A DNA stretch of 62,930 bases, the filler included, from Octopus bimaculoides (taxonomy: Eukaryota): the NCBI RefSeq assembly GCF_001194135.2. It is 4 parts of 4 records of this genome, joined end to end, with 100 filler letters (N's around TTAATTAATTAA, not from the genome) between each part and the next. Parts side by side here need not be neighbours in the genome. Positions count along the whole stretch, not along the records: positions 1 to 31,759 come from NC_068985.1; 3 more parts are not named here. One strand, given 5' to 3'. Numbering within the stretch: position 1 is the stretch's first letter; every line of letters starts with the position of its first letter. Below are positions 12,432 through 25,959 of the stretch, piece by piece. The position numbers and the translations under genes were made by a program. The notes under the pieces were generated by a model. The model saw only the letters and a list, made by a program, of their open reading frames with translations, was not told the DNA's origin and searched no databases.

Positions 12432-12578
12432 NNNNNNNNNNNNNNNNNNNNNNNNNNNNNNNNNNNNNNNNNNNNNNNNNNNNNNNNNNNNNNNNNNNNN
12501 NAGAGACTTTAAATAAGTACTGTGGACGATTCATTCAAATAAAAACCTTCGAAGATCTAATGATTGAAACATACACAC

Positions 12579-12611
<33 letters not shown>

Positions 12612-12759
12612 CACATGGTTAGTGAAGTTAATTCGAGGAAGTTAAGTTCTCATTAGGGATTATATAATCCAAGGTATTCCATTTGTTCAATCCGTATCAT
12701 ATAATGGTAAAATCATTTGTATATGTTTAGGATTATTGAATTTTTTAATATTGAGGGGA

Positions 12760-13669
12760 AAACGAGGAGAAGAAAATGGAGAATAAATGGATGTAATTAC
12801 TGATTTATTTGCATGTTGTGGGAAGATGGCGCTTTTTTAAAAAGAACATTACAAATAAAAAATTGGAAGTTGAAAGCTCAAAATAGTTAAGAAAAAATAT
12901 AAGAAGAACCTACATATATGTTTCTGTCAAAACAATGTTGTTGTTGTTGGCACTCCGTCGCTTACGACGTCGAGGGTTCCAGTCGATCCGATAAACGGAA
13001 CAGCCTGCTCGTGAAATTAACGTGCAAGTGGCTGAGCACTCCACAGACACGTGTACCCTTAACGTAGTTCTCGAGGATATTCAGCGTCACACAGAGTGTG
13101 ACAAGGCTGGTCCTTTGAAATACAGGTACAACAGAAACAGGAAGAAAGAGTGAGAGAAAGTTGTGGTGGAAGAGTACAGCAGATTTCGCCACCATCCCCT
13201 GCCGGAACCTTGTGGAATTTTAGGTGTTTTCGCTCAATAAACACTCACAACGTCCGATCTGGGAATCGAAACCGCGAGTCCGCTGCCCTAACCACTGGGC
13301 CATTGCGCCTCCACTGTCAAAATAATAAGTTGATGGGAATCTTCAAAACATGTTTAATATCTATAAAATTGCCACATTCATACTATTTTATTTTTGGACT
13401 TCAGGGTTCAAAAAACAGCTCTTTTTGAACCTTGAAGAAGTCAAACCATAAAATAGTATGAATGTGGCAATTTCATTAACATTAAACATGTTTTGAAGAT
13501 ACCCATCAACTTATTGTTTTGACAGAAACATATATGTAGGTTCTTCTTACGTTTTTTCTTAATTTCTTTATTTGTAATGTTCTTTTTTTAAAAAAAACGT
13601 CATCTTTCTACAACTTGCAAATAAATCAGTAATTACATCCATTTATTCTCCATTTTCTTCTCCTTGTTT
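12760..13669. mobile_element. Large loopless palindrome (foldback element) interrupted by a SINE
   Basis: Left arm 12760-12936 plus 13327-13418 is the reverse complement of 13419-13669; symmetry centre AGCT at 13417-13420. Confidence 0.85.
12937..13313 (-). mobile_element. SINE family B variant, full length, with target-site duplication
   Basis: Head gtggaggcgcaatggcccagtggttagggcagcgg..., (AAC)n tail; 13-bp TSD ctgtcaaaa[c/t]aat at 12924-12936 and 13314-13326. Confidence 0.9.
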
Positions 13670-13721
13670 ATATATATAAAATATAATATATACATACATA
13701 CATATATATACATATATATAC

Positions 13722-13842
<121 letters not shown>

Positions 13843-14371
13843 CATGTATATATATAATACACACACACACAAAAAATAAGCACACACATACACTTCCACG
13901 CACATACACACTCCCACACACACATATATTTACAGGCATAGTATTGGCTGTGTGGTAAGAAGCTTACTTCTCAACTATATGGCTCTGGGTTCAGTCTCAC
14001 TGCATGGCACTTTGGGCATGTGTCTTCTATTATAGCCTTATGTTATGCACTAAACTTTGAGCCTTTGAACTTTATATTGTCAAATTTGATAAAAAACATT
14101 TCTCCAAAACACCTCTCCATAACAACCCACCACACAACCTAATGACCACCCCACTCAAATCCACATAACCAAAGAAGATTAAAACTCAAAAGAGACAATA
14201 TAAAGCCAAGATTAACTTCAATGCATAACAATCCGATGATGGCTTAAGTGGCCGAATCTTCGATGTTACTGTTAATAATATTCTTGTTGAAGAATAATAA
14301 ATTTGTACTCTACAAAATTATAGTGTAACTTATCAGATTTGTAAAATAATGTTTATCATAAGTGGAGGTCT

Positions 14372-14587
14372 AAGGCGGCTAGCTGGCAGAATCGTTAGCA
14401 CGATGGACAAAATGTTTAGCACCATTTCCTTCGTCTTTACGTTCTGAGTTCAAATTCTACAGCGGTCGATTTTTGCCTTCCATCCTTTTGCGGTCGATAA
14501 AATAAGTTCTAGTTGAGCACAGGGGTCGATGTAATAGACCTACACCCACCCCAGAACTTGTTGGTCTTGCGCCGAAATTCTAAACCA
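14372..14587 (+). mobile_element. SINE family A
   Basis: aaggcggctagctggcagaatcgttagca...gagttcaaattc...gccttccatccttttgcggtcgataaaataag. Confidence 0.85.
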
Positions 14588-15121
14588 TTATAAATGAACA
14601 TCAAAGCAAATATTATCATAACCTCTCTCTCTATATATATATCTTTTAAATGAACACACACATACATACATGTGCGTATATATATTTCTATGTACATGAG
14701 TCTATTTTTGTCTGTGTNNNNNNNNNNNNNNNNNNNNNNNNNNNNNNNNNNNNNNNNNNNNNNNNNNNNNNNNNNNNNNNNNNNNNNNNNNNNNNNNNNN
14801 NNNNNNNNNNNNNNNNNNNNNNNNNNNNNNNNNNNNNNNNNNNNNNNNNNNNNNNNNNNNNNNNNNNNNNNNNNNNNNNNNNNNNNNNNNNNNNNNNNNN
14901 NNNNNNNNNNNNNNNNNNNNNNNNNNNNNNNNNNNNNNNNNNNNNNNNNNNNNNNNNNNNNNNNNNNNNNNNNNNNNNNNNGGGAGGGAGAGAGAGAGAG
15001 AGAGTATAGATGCCAAAGATAGATTTGAAGCACATGCAAACAATTTGATGTTCGGATTTGATGCCGCAGAATAGACGATCCCGTGAATGTTCATGTGTAT
15101 GAAAGAAAAAAAATATTGTAC

Positions 15122-15194
<73 letters not shown>

Positions 15195-15799
15195 GATGGT
15201 GGCGAGCGAGAGAGAGAGATAAAGAGAGAGTATGTGAATATCCATGTGTGTGAAAGAGAAGAAAAATATAGTACGATAGCCGTATGTAACTCTGTATAGA
15301 CAAATGTTTGTAATTGTCTGTGGTTCCTTGTTATTCTTGATTAAGTAAGCCTATAAGGAAAGATATTCAGCAATGACCTTGCCCTTTTTATAGGTTATGT
15401 AGGATTCCGTTATCTAATATTTCTTTTGTTTTTTAAGTCAGTAAGATGAAATTTGAGAAAGATTAATCCACTGTTTCTACTTGATCAAGTGACTCTCATT
15501 AGCTCTTGCTAGCCCCATCTCTCTCTTTTCTCCTCTCTCCCTCTTTCTCCCTCTCGCTCGCTCGCTCCCCCTCTCTCTATATATATCTATATATTTTTTA
15601 TCTGTTTCAGTCATTAGACTGCGGCATTGCTACGGCATCGCCTTGAGGAACTTTTAGTCGAATGAATCGACCTGAGCACTTTTTTTCCTTAAGCCCCGGT
15701 GCTTATTCTATCGGTTCCTTTTTACCGAACAGATTAAGTCAAGAGGACGTAAGCAAACCAACACCTGTTATCCAGTGGTAGTGGGGGACAATCACAGAT

Positions 15800-15856
<57 letters not shown>

Positions 15857-16293
15857 CACACACACACACACACATTTTCTTTTAAAGCATTCGCTCGTTA
15901 CAAGGTCCTTAGACCACTGAAATATAAGAACTACTATAATAAAATGGACGCATGACAGAAGTCAATAGGTGACGATGCTCATTAGATTTAAAAGACTGGA
16001 GGTCATATTGAAGAGGAAAACAAGACTGTGGAAGAAATTGGTGCTGTAAAGTGCTTTACAACACTTAGGAGGTTGCACAATATACTGATGAGAAGTGGAT
16101 GCAAGTCTAGATGACCGCTGACAAGTTCTTTAAGAAGGAACCAGAGAAGAGAGCTCAGCTGAACAATGTCCATGAAAATACTTATAGAAAAGAGACAAGG
16201 AAGCTACACGACGACGATGAGAGAATGAATCTAATTAAGATAGATAAGGACCAATAGCATTACAAATACGGTGTTGAATGCGGTCCAACAGAG

Positions 16294-17062
16294 TTAAACA
16301 ACCCACAGGAGCATCTTTCCAATGCAGAGGCGAATGGTGGACTTATAAAGATAAAGAATAGTGTCAGGAGTGAAATAATTCCTCGAACGAGGGAGTGAGC
16401 CCACCTTCATTGCAGCCGATTTGGCAATAGATTCAACGTAAGTCCTCCAAGAAAAATCATTACAGAAAGTCACTCCTAGGAGACGAGAACGACTCCTAGG
16501 AAAGTCAATACCATCCATTGAAGCCGATGGCAAGAAAAGATGTCTGAAACGATTAATTGAAAGAAGTTTAATTTTCGATGGATTGAACGTGACAAGCCAT
16601 CTCCTACAATAAATCGAAGATCAGTCTCAAGGTTAGCAGTGATCTCTACCTTATCAGACAAATCGTCAGATTTGAGCAAACAAGAGTACAAAGTAGAGTC
16701 ATCAGCATAGATTGCTAACTGACAGATGATATGATCAGGTAGATCATTGATAAAAAGAAGAGAGTTGGGCCCAGGACAGATCCTTGAGGAACCCCAGCAT
16801 TAATAAAATAACTATCGAGAGCAACCTAGATCCTACGGTCATAAAGGAAAGAGGAGATGATGTTCAGCATGAAACCTGACACACCATAGGACTGAAGCTT
16901 CCATAGAAGTCCAACATACCAAACCCTATCAGATGCCTTAGAGATATCAAGAGCAACTGCCTTAGCCTGATCAGATACATTCAAGACACAATAAACACGC
17001 TCGGATATAACAGTGAGAAGATCAGCAGTAGACTGTCTGGCACGGAAACCTTGAGCCAAAAT
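16294..17062 (-). mobile_element. CR1/L2-group LINE reverse-transcriptase fragment
   Basis: GFRARQSTADLL...ALDISKASDRVW...GVPQGSVLGP...IYADDSTLY...LGVTFCNDFSWRTYVESIAK. Confidence 0.88.
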
Positions 17063-17189
17063 TAGAAAGAAGTATACATAATACATACATACATACATAC
17101 ATACATACATACATACATACATACATACACACACACACAAACACACGCACATATATATATACATATATATATATATACATATATATATA

Positions 17190-18082
17190 CAGAGTGTTTC
17201 AAAGGATTTGATATCATTTGAGATGTAAATATCACAGAAACTACACAGTCAAAGTAAATGAAACTAAACAAGCTTAATGTTGAGCAACATAATATTTCTT
17301 CCCACAAATTTGAATGAGAAATTTAAAAGTATGTGGATTCCATGAATGATTTCACAAATGTTCAATGTATGTACCGCCTGAGACACGGCACACGTCAAGT
17401 CGGTAGTGCAGCATGTCTTTGGGGCTATGAGAAGGGCCTGGTTCATGTTCCCCCTCTTCCTGCAAACCTAGTGGAACTTGAGTAGAGAATCACTACCGCA
17501 CTGGAGACTGTCTCCAGTGCGGTAGTGATTCTCTACTCGAGTTCCTCTCATAGCCCCAAAGAAAAAATCGTAAGGTGTCAGGTCAGGTGAACGTGGCGGC
17601 CATTTCAACAGCACATTTCATCAAGACGCGCGAAACTGCTGTTGAAGGAATATGGGTTTCCAGACTTGTTCCCCTTATGGACTTATTGGGGCCTGGCAAG
17701 AGTTTTTGGCGAACTTGCTCGACCGTCTCTTCCGATGTAAGTGGTCGTCCAAATCCTTTTGCCCTGCACAGACAGCCTTCCTCAGTGAATTTTTTGCGCC
17801 ATCTCCAAATCTGCATTGCCGTTGGTGACGTTTTAGAGAACTCTCTCACAAATGCACGCTGCACGGTCTTGTTCGACTGTGCTCGAATATACTCCAACAC
17901 ACAAAGCGCCTTTTCTCTTCCAGTGAATGCTGTTTATATACCTTAAAAGATAAACATATCAATCATTAAACATAAAATGTTGACATGTTTCTACACATGC
18001 TATTAAAATTTGAAGTTATTTGAACAAGAACTGTCAAAGTTATTAGATTGCGAAATGATATCAAATTTTTTGAAACACCCTG
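17190..18082 (-). mobile_element. maT/DD37D-type mariner-like element, internally deleted and rearranged
   Basis: TIRs cagagtgtttcaaaggatttgatatcattt / aaatgatatcaaattttttgaaacaccctg inside TA runs. HTH N-terminus VQRAFVREF...QIWRWRKKF.EEG.L (ORF 17583..17900), WPPRSPDLTPYDFF, C-terminus YRLDVCRVSGGTYIEHL*. Confidence 0.88.
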
Positions 18083-18214
18083 TATATATATATATATATA
18101 TGAAATGTAGCGTGCTTGAATGGCACAACAATGCAGAGTGGACTATAATAACTGTTATAATTTAATTATTCATAGTCTGATATAATATTTCGGAATATAA
18201 AAATTCCTTCAGAT

Positions 18215-18565
18215 ATAACTTGAGATCTGGTGGTAACAAGTCTCCTCAAATCTCAATAATCATTTTTAGGATTCTTGCAGAATACAGGGTGGCATTTTTC
18301 TGCTACTCGGCTATGTGAGTCTTAGTTCCATTATTCTTCAGCCTCTTAGGTAGCAGTTTGTGTGTTGTGCCGAGTTCACTCATTAGCACAGGAACAATTG
18401 TCACCTTTGTCTTTCCACAATCTCTTCGTCTCTCCAGCTAAGTCTCCATATTCTTTAATGTCCTCAATTTCTTTGATACCCACTCTTTCATCACATGGTA
18501 CAATGTTTCTTTTTTTTCTACTCTGCGATTATATCTGGCCTCCTTGCTCCAATAGTGGATGCTGA
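18215..18565 (-). mobile_element. R4/Dong-clade RLE endonuclease fragment
   Basis: RRPDIIAE...KEYGDLAGETKRLWKDK...LGTTHKLLPKRL...QKNATLYSARIL on the minus strand (with frameshifts). Confidence 0.65.
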
Positions 18566-20276
18566 TCTGTGAAGTAAATACAAAGAAATTAATGTATCTC
18601 CTATGACAAAGAAGGCTTTTAAAGCTCTGAATGCAATACTATTTAGGGGAGAATTCTTTTAAATTATACTTGGCTGTTTGAAAGAGATTGTAACGGGCAG
18701 GTGTCCCGTTGAAAGGGATTGCCACCATCTAGGCCACTTATTTGCTATGAAAACCGGGTAACTGGTATTATGAGTTCTAGATAACGCTGTTGCACTTTGA
18801 TGGAAAATATAAATCATTTGATGAACCAAGAGGATGTTGTAAACAAAAATTTCTAAAAAAAAAACACTGAAGTTTTTAGTGTAAATTTTGCAGGTATTTT
18901 TAAGTAACCGAATCTATTCTCAGCAGAACTGAAACGATAACTGAAATTTGAGATACGGTTAAACGGTTCCATTTTTGAATAGAAGTCCTTTGTCCCTTAA
19001 TGTTGTCGATTAAGGTATCTACAAAGAATTGCCTAATTTATATGTTCTAGGACGAGGTGCTCACCTTTATTTGCTCCGGATCATTACATTCTGGGTTCAA
19101 GACCTACTTGGGTGGTAGACTAACACATCACCTGGTTTAATACCACTATCTGGCACGCTGGGTATCTCTGGGGAAGTCAGCTCGAAGTATTTTCAAACCA
19201 GGACACTGGTTTGAGGATTCTTTATTTTCCCTGTCCCACAAGTCTCTGAGGCTCTGAAAAGGGTCATAAGTACTGCCTTCCTGCTCGATTAAAACTTTAA
19301 AAGTCTAAGACTATGATTTCGATCACTTATACGCCATTGAAATTGGATAATCGGACTTAGGTATCCTAGGACTCGAAAGAACAAACTGGCTGCTACTCTA
19401 GCTTTTCGACCTCGAAAGTATGAAAGGCGAAGGTGACAGCAGTGAGATCTGAACAATTAGTGCGAAACATTTCATCTGAGACTCTAATGTTTCTTCAGGT
19501 TCATCGTTCGGAATTTTACTTGGTTTATGTTACGTGCAAAAGTCGAATGAAAACACTAGACATATATATTAATATCTCATATCTATATTACATATAGAAA
19601 ACGAGGAAGGAAAACCTTGGGGCAAACAGGATGGAAGCTATTTAGGATGAAAGATTATTCATTTAAAATGAACAAATCTGAATGATCTCCCTCCTAAAAG
19701 AGTTGTCTCACAAGAAAAGAGAATGGTTCATAAGCTGATGAATTAGGGATTAAAAACATTTACATGAAACTAACACCATGACTTCACTGAACGAATCGGT
19801 TCGTAAATGACTTTTACTATCACTTAGTGACATATCACCCTAGTGACTTATCGCCCTAGTGACGCTTGCAAACATTGGGTAAGTCTCGTTTTTTTTTTTT
19901 GGCTTTTTGTTATTTTTTGTTTTCCCCGCATTTGTTTGCACTGCCTTGACATAAATACTTGATATTGATTCATTTTAACAAAACACAAAGCAAATGTCTC
20001 TACAAAACAATTTATTTGATTGAATATACAAACCAGGGAATTATCTTTATCTTAATTTTTATGTCATGAATTTATTAACGACAGTGTCATTTGTTCAAAG
20101 TTCACAATAGTCTAATCACTACGATCATCGCATTTCTAACTTCAAGCGTGACAAGAGCGTCACATAAACTCGGGTTGAATACAAACCACAATGAAATATT
20201 TTTGTTCCTCACACCAGTTTTCTTCGTCGAACCAACAATTTCCTTGCTGAATCCCATGCGCGCAATGAAATATCTA

Positions 20277-20376
<100 letters not shown>

Positions 20377-20448
20377 AATCTATCTATGTATCTTTCTGTA
20401 TGTGTTTACATATATATGTAGACACACACACATATATACATACATACA

Positions 20449-20482
<34 letters not shown>

Positions 20483-21292
20483 NNNNNNNNNNNNNNNNNN
20501 NNNNNNNNNNNNNNNNNNNNNNNNNNNNNNNNNNNNNNNNNNNNNNNNNNNNNNNNNNNNNNNNNNNNNNNNNNNNNNNNNNNNNNNNNNNNNNNNNNNN
20601 NNNNNNNNNNNNNNNNNNNNNNNNNNNNNNNNNNNNNNNNNNNNNNNNNNNNNNNNNNNNNNNNNNNNNNNNNNNNNNNNNNNNNNNNNNNNNNNNNNNN
20701 NNNNNNNNNNNNNNNNNNNNNNNNNNNNNNNNNNNNNNNNNNNNNNNNNNNNNNNNNNNNNNNNNNNNNNNNNNNNNNNNNNNNNNNNNNNNNNNNNNNN
20801 NNNNNNNNNNNNNNNNNNNNNNNNNNNNNNNNNNNNNNNNNNNNNNNNNNNNNNNNNNNNNNNNNNNNNNNNNNNNNNNNNNNNNNNNNNNNNNNNNNNN
20901 NNNNNNNNNNNNNNNNNNNNNNNNNNNNNNNNNNNNNNNNNNNNNNNNNNNNNNNNNNNNNNNNNNNNNNNNNNNNNNNNNNNNNNNNNNNNNNNNNNNN
21001 NNNNNNNNNNNNNNNNNNNNNNNNNNNNNNNNNNNNNNNNNNNNNNNNNNNNNNNNNNNNNNNNNNNNNNNNNNNNNNNNNNNNNNNNNNNNNNNNNNNN
21101 NNNNNNNNNNNNNNNNNNNNNNNNNNNNNNNNNNNNNNNNNNNNNNNNNNNNNNNNNNNNNNNNNNNNNNNNNNNNNNNNNNNNNNNNNNNNNNNNNNNN
21201 NNNNNNNNNNNNNNNNNNNNNNNNNNNNNNNNNNNNNNNNNNNTTTTGGCACCCCTTACCCACTCCAATTTCTTCATTTTTCACTTTTTTCC

Positions 21293-21420
21293 GTAACCTT
21301 AACCCTAAAACCCCAACCTTAACCCCAACCCTAACCCTTAAACCCCAACTCTAACCCTTAAACCCCAACCCTAACCCTTAAACCCTAAACCCTAACCCTA
21401 GCCCTAAAACCCTAAAGCTA
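21293..21420. repeat. Degenerate telomere-like (TAACCC)n array
   Basis: aaccttaaccctaaaaccccaaccttaaccccaaccctaaccc... about 130 bp, next to a gap. Confidence 0.85.
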
Positions 21421-21864
21421 AAGCGAGTACAAACGCACGAACGATGTCATAAATAACAGTGACAAACGAAATATACACCGCCGATAGTTGTTGTTGACAA
21501 ACAACAGCAGTAATTTTATTCAGCTGAATAAACGTCATTGATTGGTTGAAATTACCGAAACACGACAACTTTAACACGGAATAACTTAGTAAATAGAAAC
21601 TTTTCTTAACGTCACTAAGAGTAAAAGATGTTCTATATGATGCATTCTACCAGTATACGAAGTTTCAAAGTCTTTAGTTAAAGAAAATTAATTAATCGAG
21701 CAACCCATGAAAAGGAAAAGATCCCAAGTTTGCCTCCCACCAACATGATTCTGACTTTATTACTAATATATGGCACCTTGGGCAAGTGTCTTCTACTATA
21801 TATCCAGCCCAACCAAAACCTTGTATGTGAATCTGGTAGACGGAAACTGAAAGAAGCTTCAGGA

Positions 21865-22700
21865 GCAGACGTGGCTGTGTGGTAAGAAGCTTACTCCCAA
21901 CCACATGGTTCCGGGTTCAGTCCCATTGCGTGGTACCTTGCGTGTCTTCTACTATAGCCTCAGGCCGACCAAAGCCTTGCAAGTGGATTTGGTAGATGTA
22001 AACTGGAAGAAGCCCGTCGTGTATATATGTACATATATATATATGTATATATATATNNNNNNNNNNNNNNNNNNNNNNNNNNNNNNNNNNNNNNNNNNNN
22101 NNNNNNNNNNNNNNNNNNNNNNNNNNNNNNNNNNNNNNNNNNNNNNNNNNNNNNNNNNNNNNNNNNNNNNNNNNNNNNNNNNNNNNNNNNNNNNNNNNNN
22201 NNNNNNNNNNNNNNNNNNNNNNNNNNNNNNNNNNNNNNNNNNNNNNNNNNNNNNNNNNNNNNNNNNNNNNNNNNNNNNNNNNNNNNNNNNNNNNNNNNNN
22301 NNNNNNNNNNNNNNNNNNNNNNNNNNNNNNNNNNNNNNNNNNNNNNNNNNNNNNNNNNNNNNNNNNNNNNNNNNNNNNNNNNNNNNNNNNNNNNNNNNNN
22401 NNNNNNNNNNNNNNNNNNNNNNNNNNNNNNNNNNNNNNNNNNNNNNNNNNNNNNNNNNNNNNNNNNNNNNNNNNNNNNNNNNNNNNNNNNNNNNNNNNNN
22501 NNNNNNNNNNNNNNNNNNNNNNNNNNNNNNNNNNNNNNNNNNNNNNNNNNNNNNNNNNNNNNNNNNNNNNNNNNNNNNNNNNNNNNNNNNNNNNNNNNNN
22601 NNNNNNNNNNNNNNNNNNTGTGTGTGTGTGTGTGTTTTACCTCACCTCCGCTTGACAACTGATGACTGTTCCGTTACATCCCCACGACTTTGTCAGTCCC
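21865..22700 (+). mobile_element. SINE family C spanning a gap at its internal microsatellite
   Basis: Head and core 21865-22025, (TA)n, N-gap, (TG)n, then tail cctccgcttgacaactgatg. A second partial core lies at 21770-21860. Confidence 0.7.
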
Positions 22701-22796
22701 GACAAAATCTAAACACACTTAGATGCATCAATAACCTTTTTGTTCCGATTAAGTTCATTCCATACACTTGTGGTGCATTCACTAACTACAAAAACT

Positions 22797-23128
22797 AGCA
22801 CTCCGTCGGTTACGACAAATGTTTCAGTTGGTCCGGTCAGCGGAACGGCCTGCTCGTGAAATTAACGTGCAAGTGGTTGAGCACTCCACAGACACAGGCA
22901 TAAGATACAGGTACTCTTAATGTAGTTCTCAGGAAGATTCAGCGTGACACAGAATGTGACATGGATGACACTTTGAACTATACGCACTACTCATTTTTGC
23001 TAGCTGAGTGGACTGGGACAATGCCAAATAACGAGTCTTGCTCAAGGACACAACACACTGCCGGGAATCGAACTGACGATCATAAGATCGTGAGCCGGAT
23101 ACCTTAACCAAGCAACGCGCTTTCACTA
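22797..23128 (-). mobile_element. SINE family B
   Basis: gcactccgtcggttacgac tail through ...caaggacacaacacactgccgggaatcgaac head. Confidence 0.85.
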
Positions 23129-23456
23129 ACTGCGAATGGAATTGATAGAGAAAGAATGGTGCGTTGTAGAGATTGTAGAAAAGTGTACCGTATTGCCTCT
23201 TTTCTCATAATTTCATAAAGGATGGCGTATCGGAGTGTGATGTTCAGCTAGATTGGTACATCACTGACTTCCTTGTACTATACATCGGATTAGCTCTCCA
23301 AGGATTGAGTCGAGATAAATAACAACAATACCCGCAGGATTATTGTGATAACTAGATCTTTCGTTTGCAAAATTTCCTTCACTTTACAATGTAATTTCAG
23401 ACGCAGAAAAACCCTTCCCAACTGTAGTATTTTCCTTTTATTTTAAAATTGCATCA

Positions 23457-23675
23457 AAGCGGTGAGCTAGCAGTGTCGTTAGTACGCCGAACGAAATGCT
23501 TAGTGGCATTTCGTCTGTCTTCACATTCTTAGTTCAAATGCCGCCAGGGTCGACATTGCCTTTCATCCTTTCGGGGTCGATAAATTAAGTACCAGTTACG
23601 CACTGAGGTCGATGTAATCGACTAGTCCTCCTCCCCCCAAATTTCAGGTCTTGTGCCTATAGTAGAAAGAATTAT
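23457..23675 (+). mobile_element. SINE family A
   Basis: Full monomer with canonical tail cccccaaatttcaggtcttgtgcctatagtagaaag. Confidence 0.88.
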
Positions 23676-25043
23676 ACAATTGCATCGGCGGGCAATTTTC
23701 TGAAATATTAACTCGCTTCAGGTTTGGTAAAATTTGAATACGTATAAAATCTCTTACAACACACCATTTTTTCTCTATCAATTACATTCATTTTCCACTA
23801 CTACTTAAACGTACCTGAACTTAACTCTGCTGAAATGCATTTTTAAGCCCAGAAAACTGAAAACAAACTCTTTTGTGCATTAGATATTTTAAAATATAAT
23901 CGCCTTTCATCCTTATAATTCGGTTTACAGTTCTCTGAGTTTTGTTGTTTTTATCTTCTAAGGCCTTTTAAAGAAATTATTTCTTTATTTAGATCTGATA
24001 ATATGAACATATATTTTACATATGAAATCGTTCAAGTGAAGACTACAATAATTTGTGAGTCTTTATTCTCAGTCCTTGAAGTCCCTCAAAAAACACCCGA
24101 TTAATTGTTGCTATCAAGGCAATCCTCTTTTAAATTCAACACTGGTATTACTCGTCAGGCTTGTTTTCCTACATTAAGGTCTGGTTTAACTCCTAAATAG
24201 CTGGCTGTGGGAATAACCTGCAAATATCAGTTGTGAATATAGGTGAAAATTATGTGACTGTATGATTACAAAGAACCTTTTATCATCAAAGTTTAAATAT
24301 GTTGTTTCGTCCATAAACTCGTCTCAGTTATACTGAGAGGAAGAATTTGGTTTCTGAAGACTGAAGAGAAATATGTTTTAGGATCCCTTGCGCAATTAGT
24401 TTTCCGTGAGCAACACTAGAAATCTGCTACGGATAATCCTTTCAAGATCGATAAAAATAAGTACCAGGGGTTGATCTAATCGACTTAGTCCCTCCACCGA
24501 AATTGCTGGCCTCGCGTCAAAATCTGAAACCAATATATACATGAATATATAAGTATGCATGCATACACACATATGTAATGAATATATCTCTATGTATACA
24601 TACATGCATACATACATACACATATATGTATATATGTGTGTGTGTATGTATATGTAATATATAGTATATACTGTGCATGTATAAATATATATGCGTGTAT
24701 ATATATATATATGTGTGTATGTATGTATGTATGTATGTATGTATGTGTGTATATATATGCATAGATACGTATTTATATATACATCTGTATGTATATATAC
24801 ACATATGCATACATACGATTGATTTCACAAACAACTGAAAATGAATTGAATACGCAAATCTAATGCTTATCACATATAATCTCCTTTCTATTTTTTCACA
24901 TTCCTTTCTCTGCACTTTCTTTGTGTCCTTTTCTTTTCTCTTTCTCCGGCTCACTTTTTTTCTCCTTTTTCATCCTGCTTTCTCTGACCACTATCCCATA
25001 GATCTGCTTTCTGAATGCATCTATATGTGTGTGAATGTATACA

Positions 25044-25095
<52 letters not shown>

Positions 25096-25959
25096 NNNNN
25101 NNNNNNNNNNNNNNNNNNNNNNNNNNNNNNNNNNNNNNNNNNNNNNNNNNNNNNNNNNNNNNNNNNNNNNNNNNNNNNNNNNNNNNNNNNNNNNNNNNNN
25201 NNNNNNNNNNNNNNNNNNNNNNNNNNNNNNNNNNNNNNNNNNNNNNNNNNNNNNNNNNNNNNNNNNNNNNNNNNNNNNNNNNNNNNNNNNNNNNNNNNNN
25301 NNNNNNNNNNNNNNNNNNNNNNNNNNNNNNNNNNNNNNNNNNNNNNNNNNNNNNNNNNNNNNNNNNNNNNNNNNNNNNNNNNNNNNNNNNNNNNNNNNNN
25401 NNNNNNNNNNNNNNNNNNNNNNNNNNNNNNNNNNNNNNNNNNNNNNNNNNNNNNNNNNNNNNNNNNNNNNNNNNNNNNNNNNNNNNNNNNNNNNNNNNNN
25501 NNNNNNNNNNNNNNNNNNNNNNNNNNNNNNNNNNNNNNNNNNNNNNNNNNNNNNNNNNNNNNNNNNNNNNNNNNNNNNNNNNNNNNNNNNNNNNNNNNNN
25601 NNNNNNNNNNNNNNNNNNNNNNNNNNNNNNNNNNNNNNNNNNNNNNNNNNNNNNNNNNNNNNNNNNNNNNNNNNNNNNNNNNNNNNNNNNNNNNNNNNNN
25701 NNNNNNNNNNNNNNNNNNNNNNNNNNNNNNNNNNNNNNNNNNNNNNNNNNNNNNNNNNNNNNNNNNNNNNNNNNNNNNNNNNNNNNNNNNNNNNNNNNNN
25801 NNNNNNNNNNNNNNNNNNNNNNNNNNNNNNNNNNNNNNNNNNNNNNNNNNNNNNNNNNNNNNNNNNNNNNNNNNNNNNNNNNNNNNNNNNNNNNNNNNNN
25901 TTATTCAACATATTCCTCTCTCAGATTCACACACTTATTGCAGCGGTCCTTCAGAATTT

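Noticed and set aside
15300-15420. Possible further Penelope C-terminal remnant on the minus strand
   Set aside because: Only a vague C..C.EAYLI resemblance after assuming several mutations.
21293-21420. True telomere or chromosome fusion site
   Set aside because: Short, degenerate, single orientation and flanked by dispersed repeats; a similar tract lies inside a MITE at 47366.
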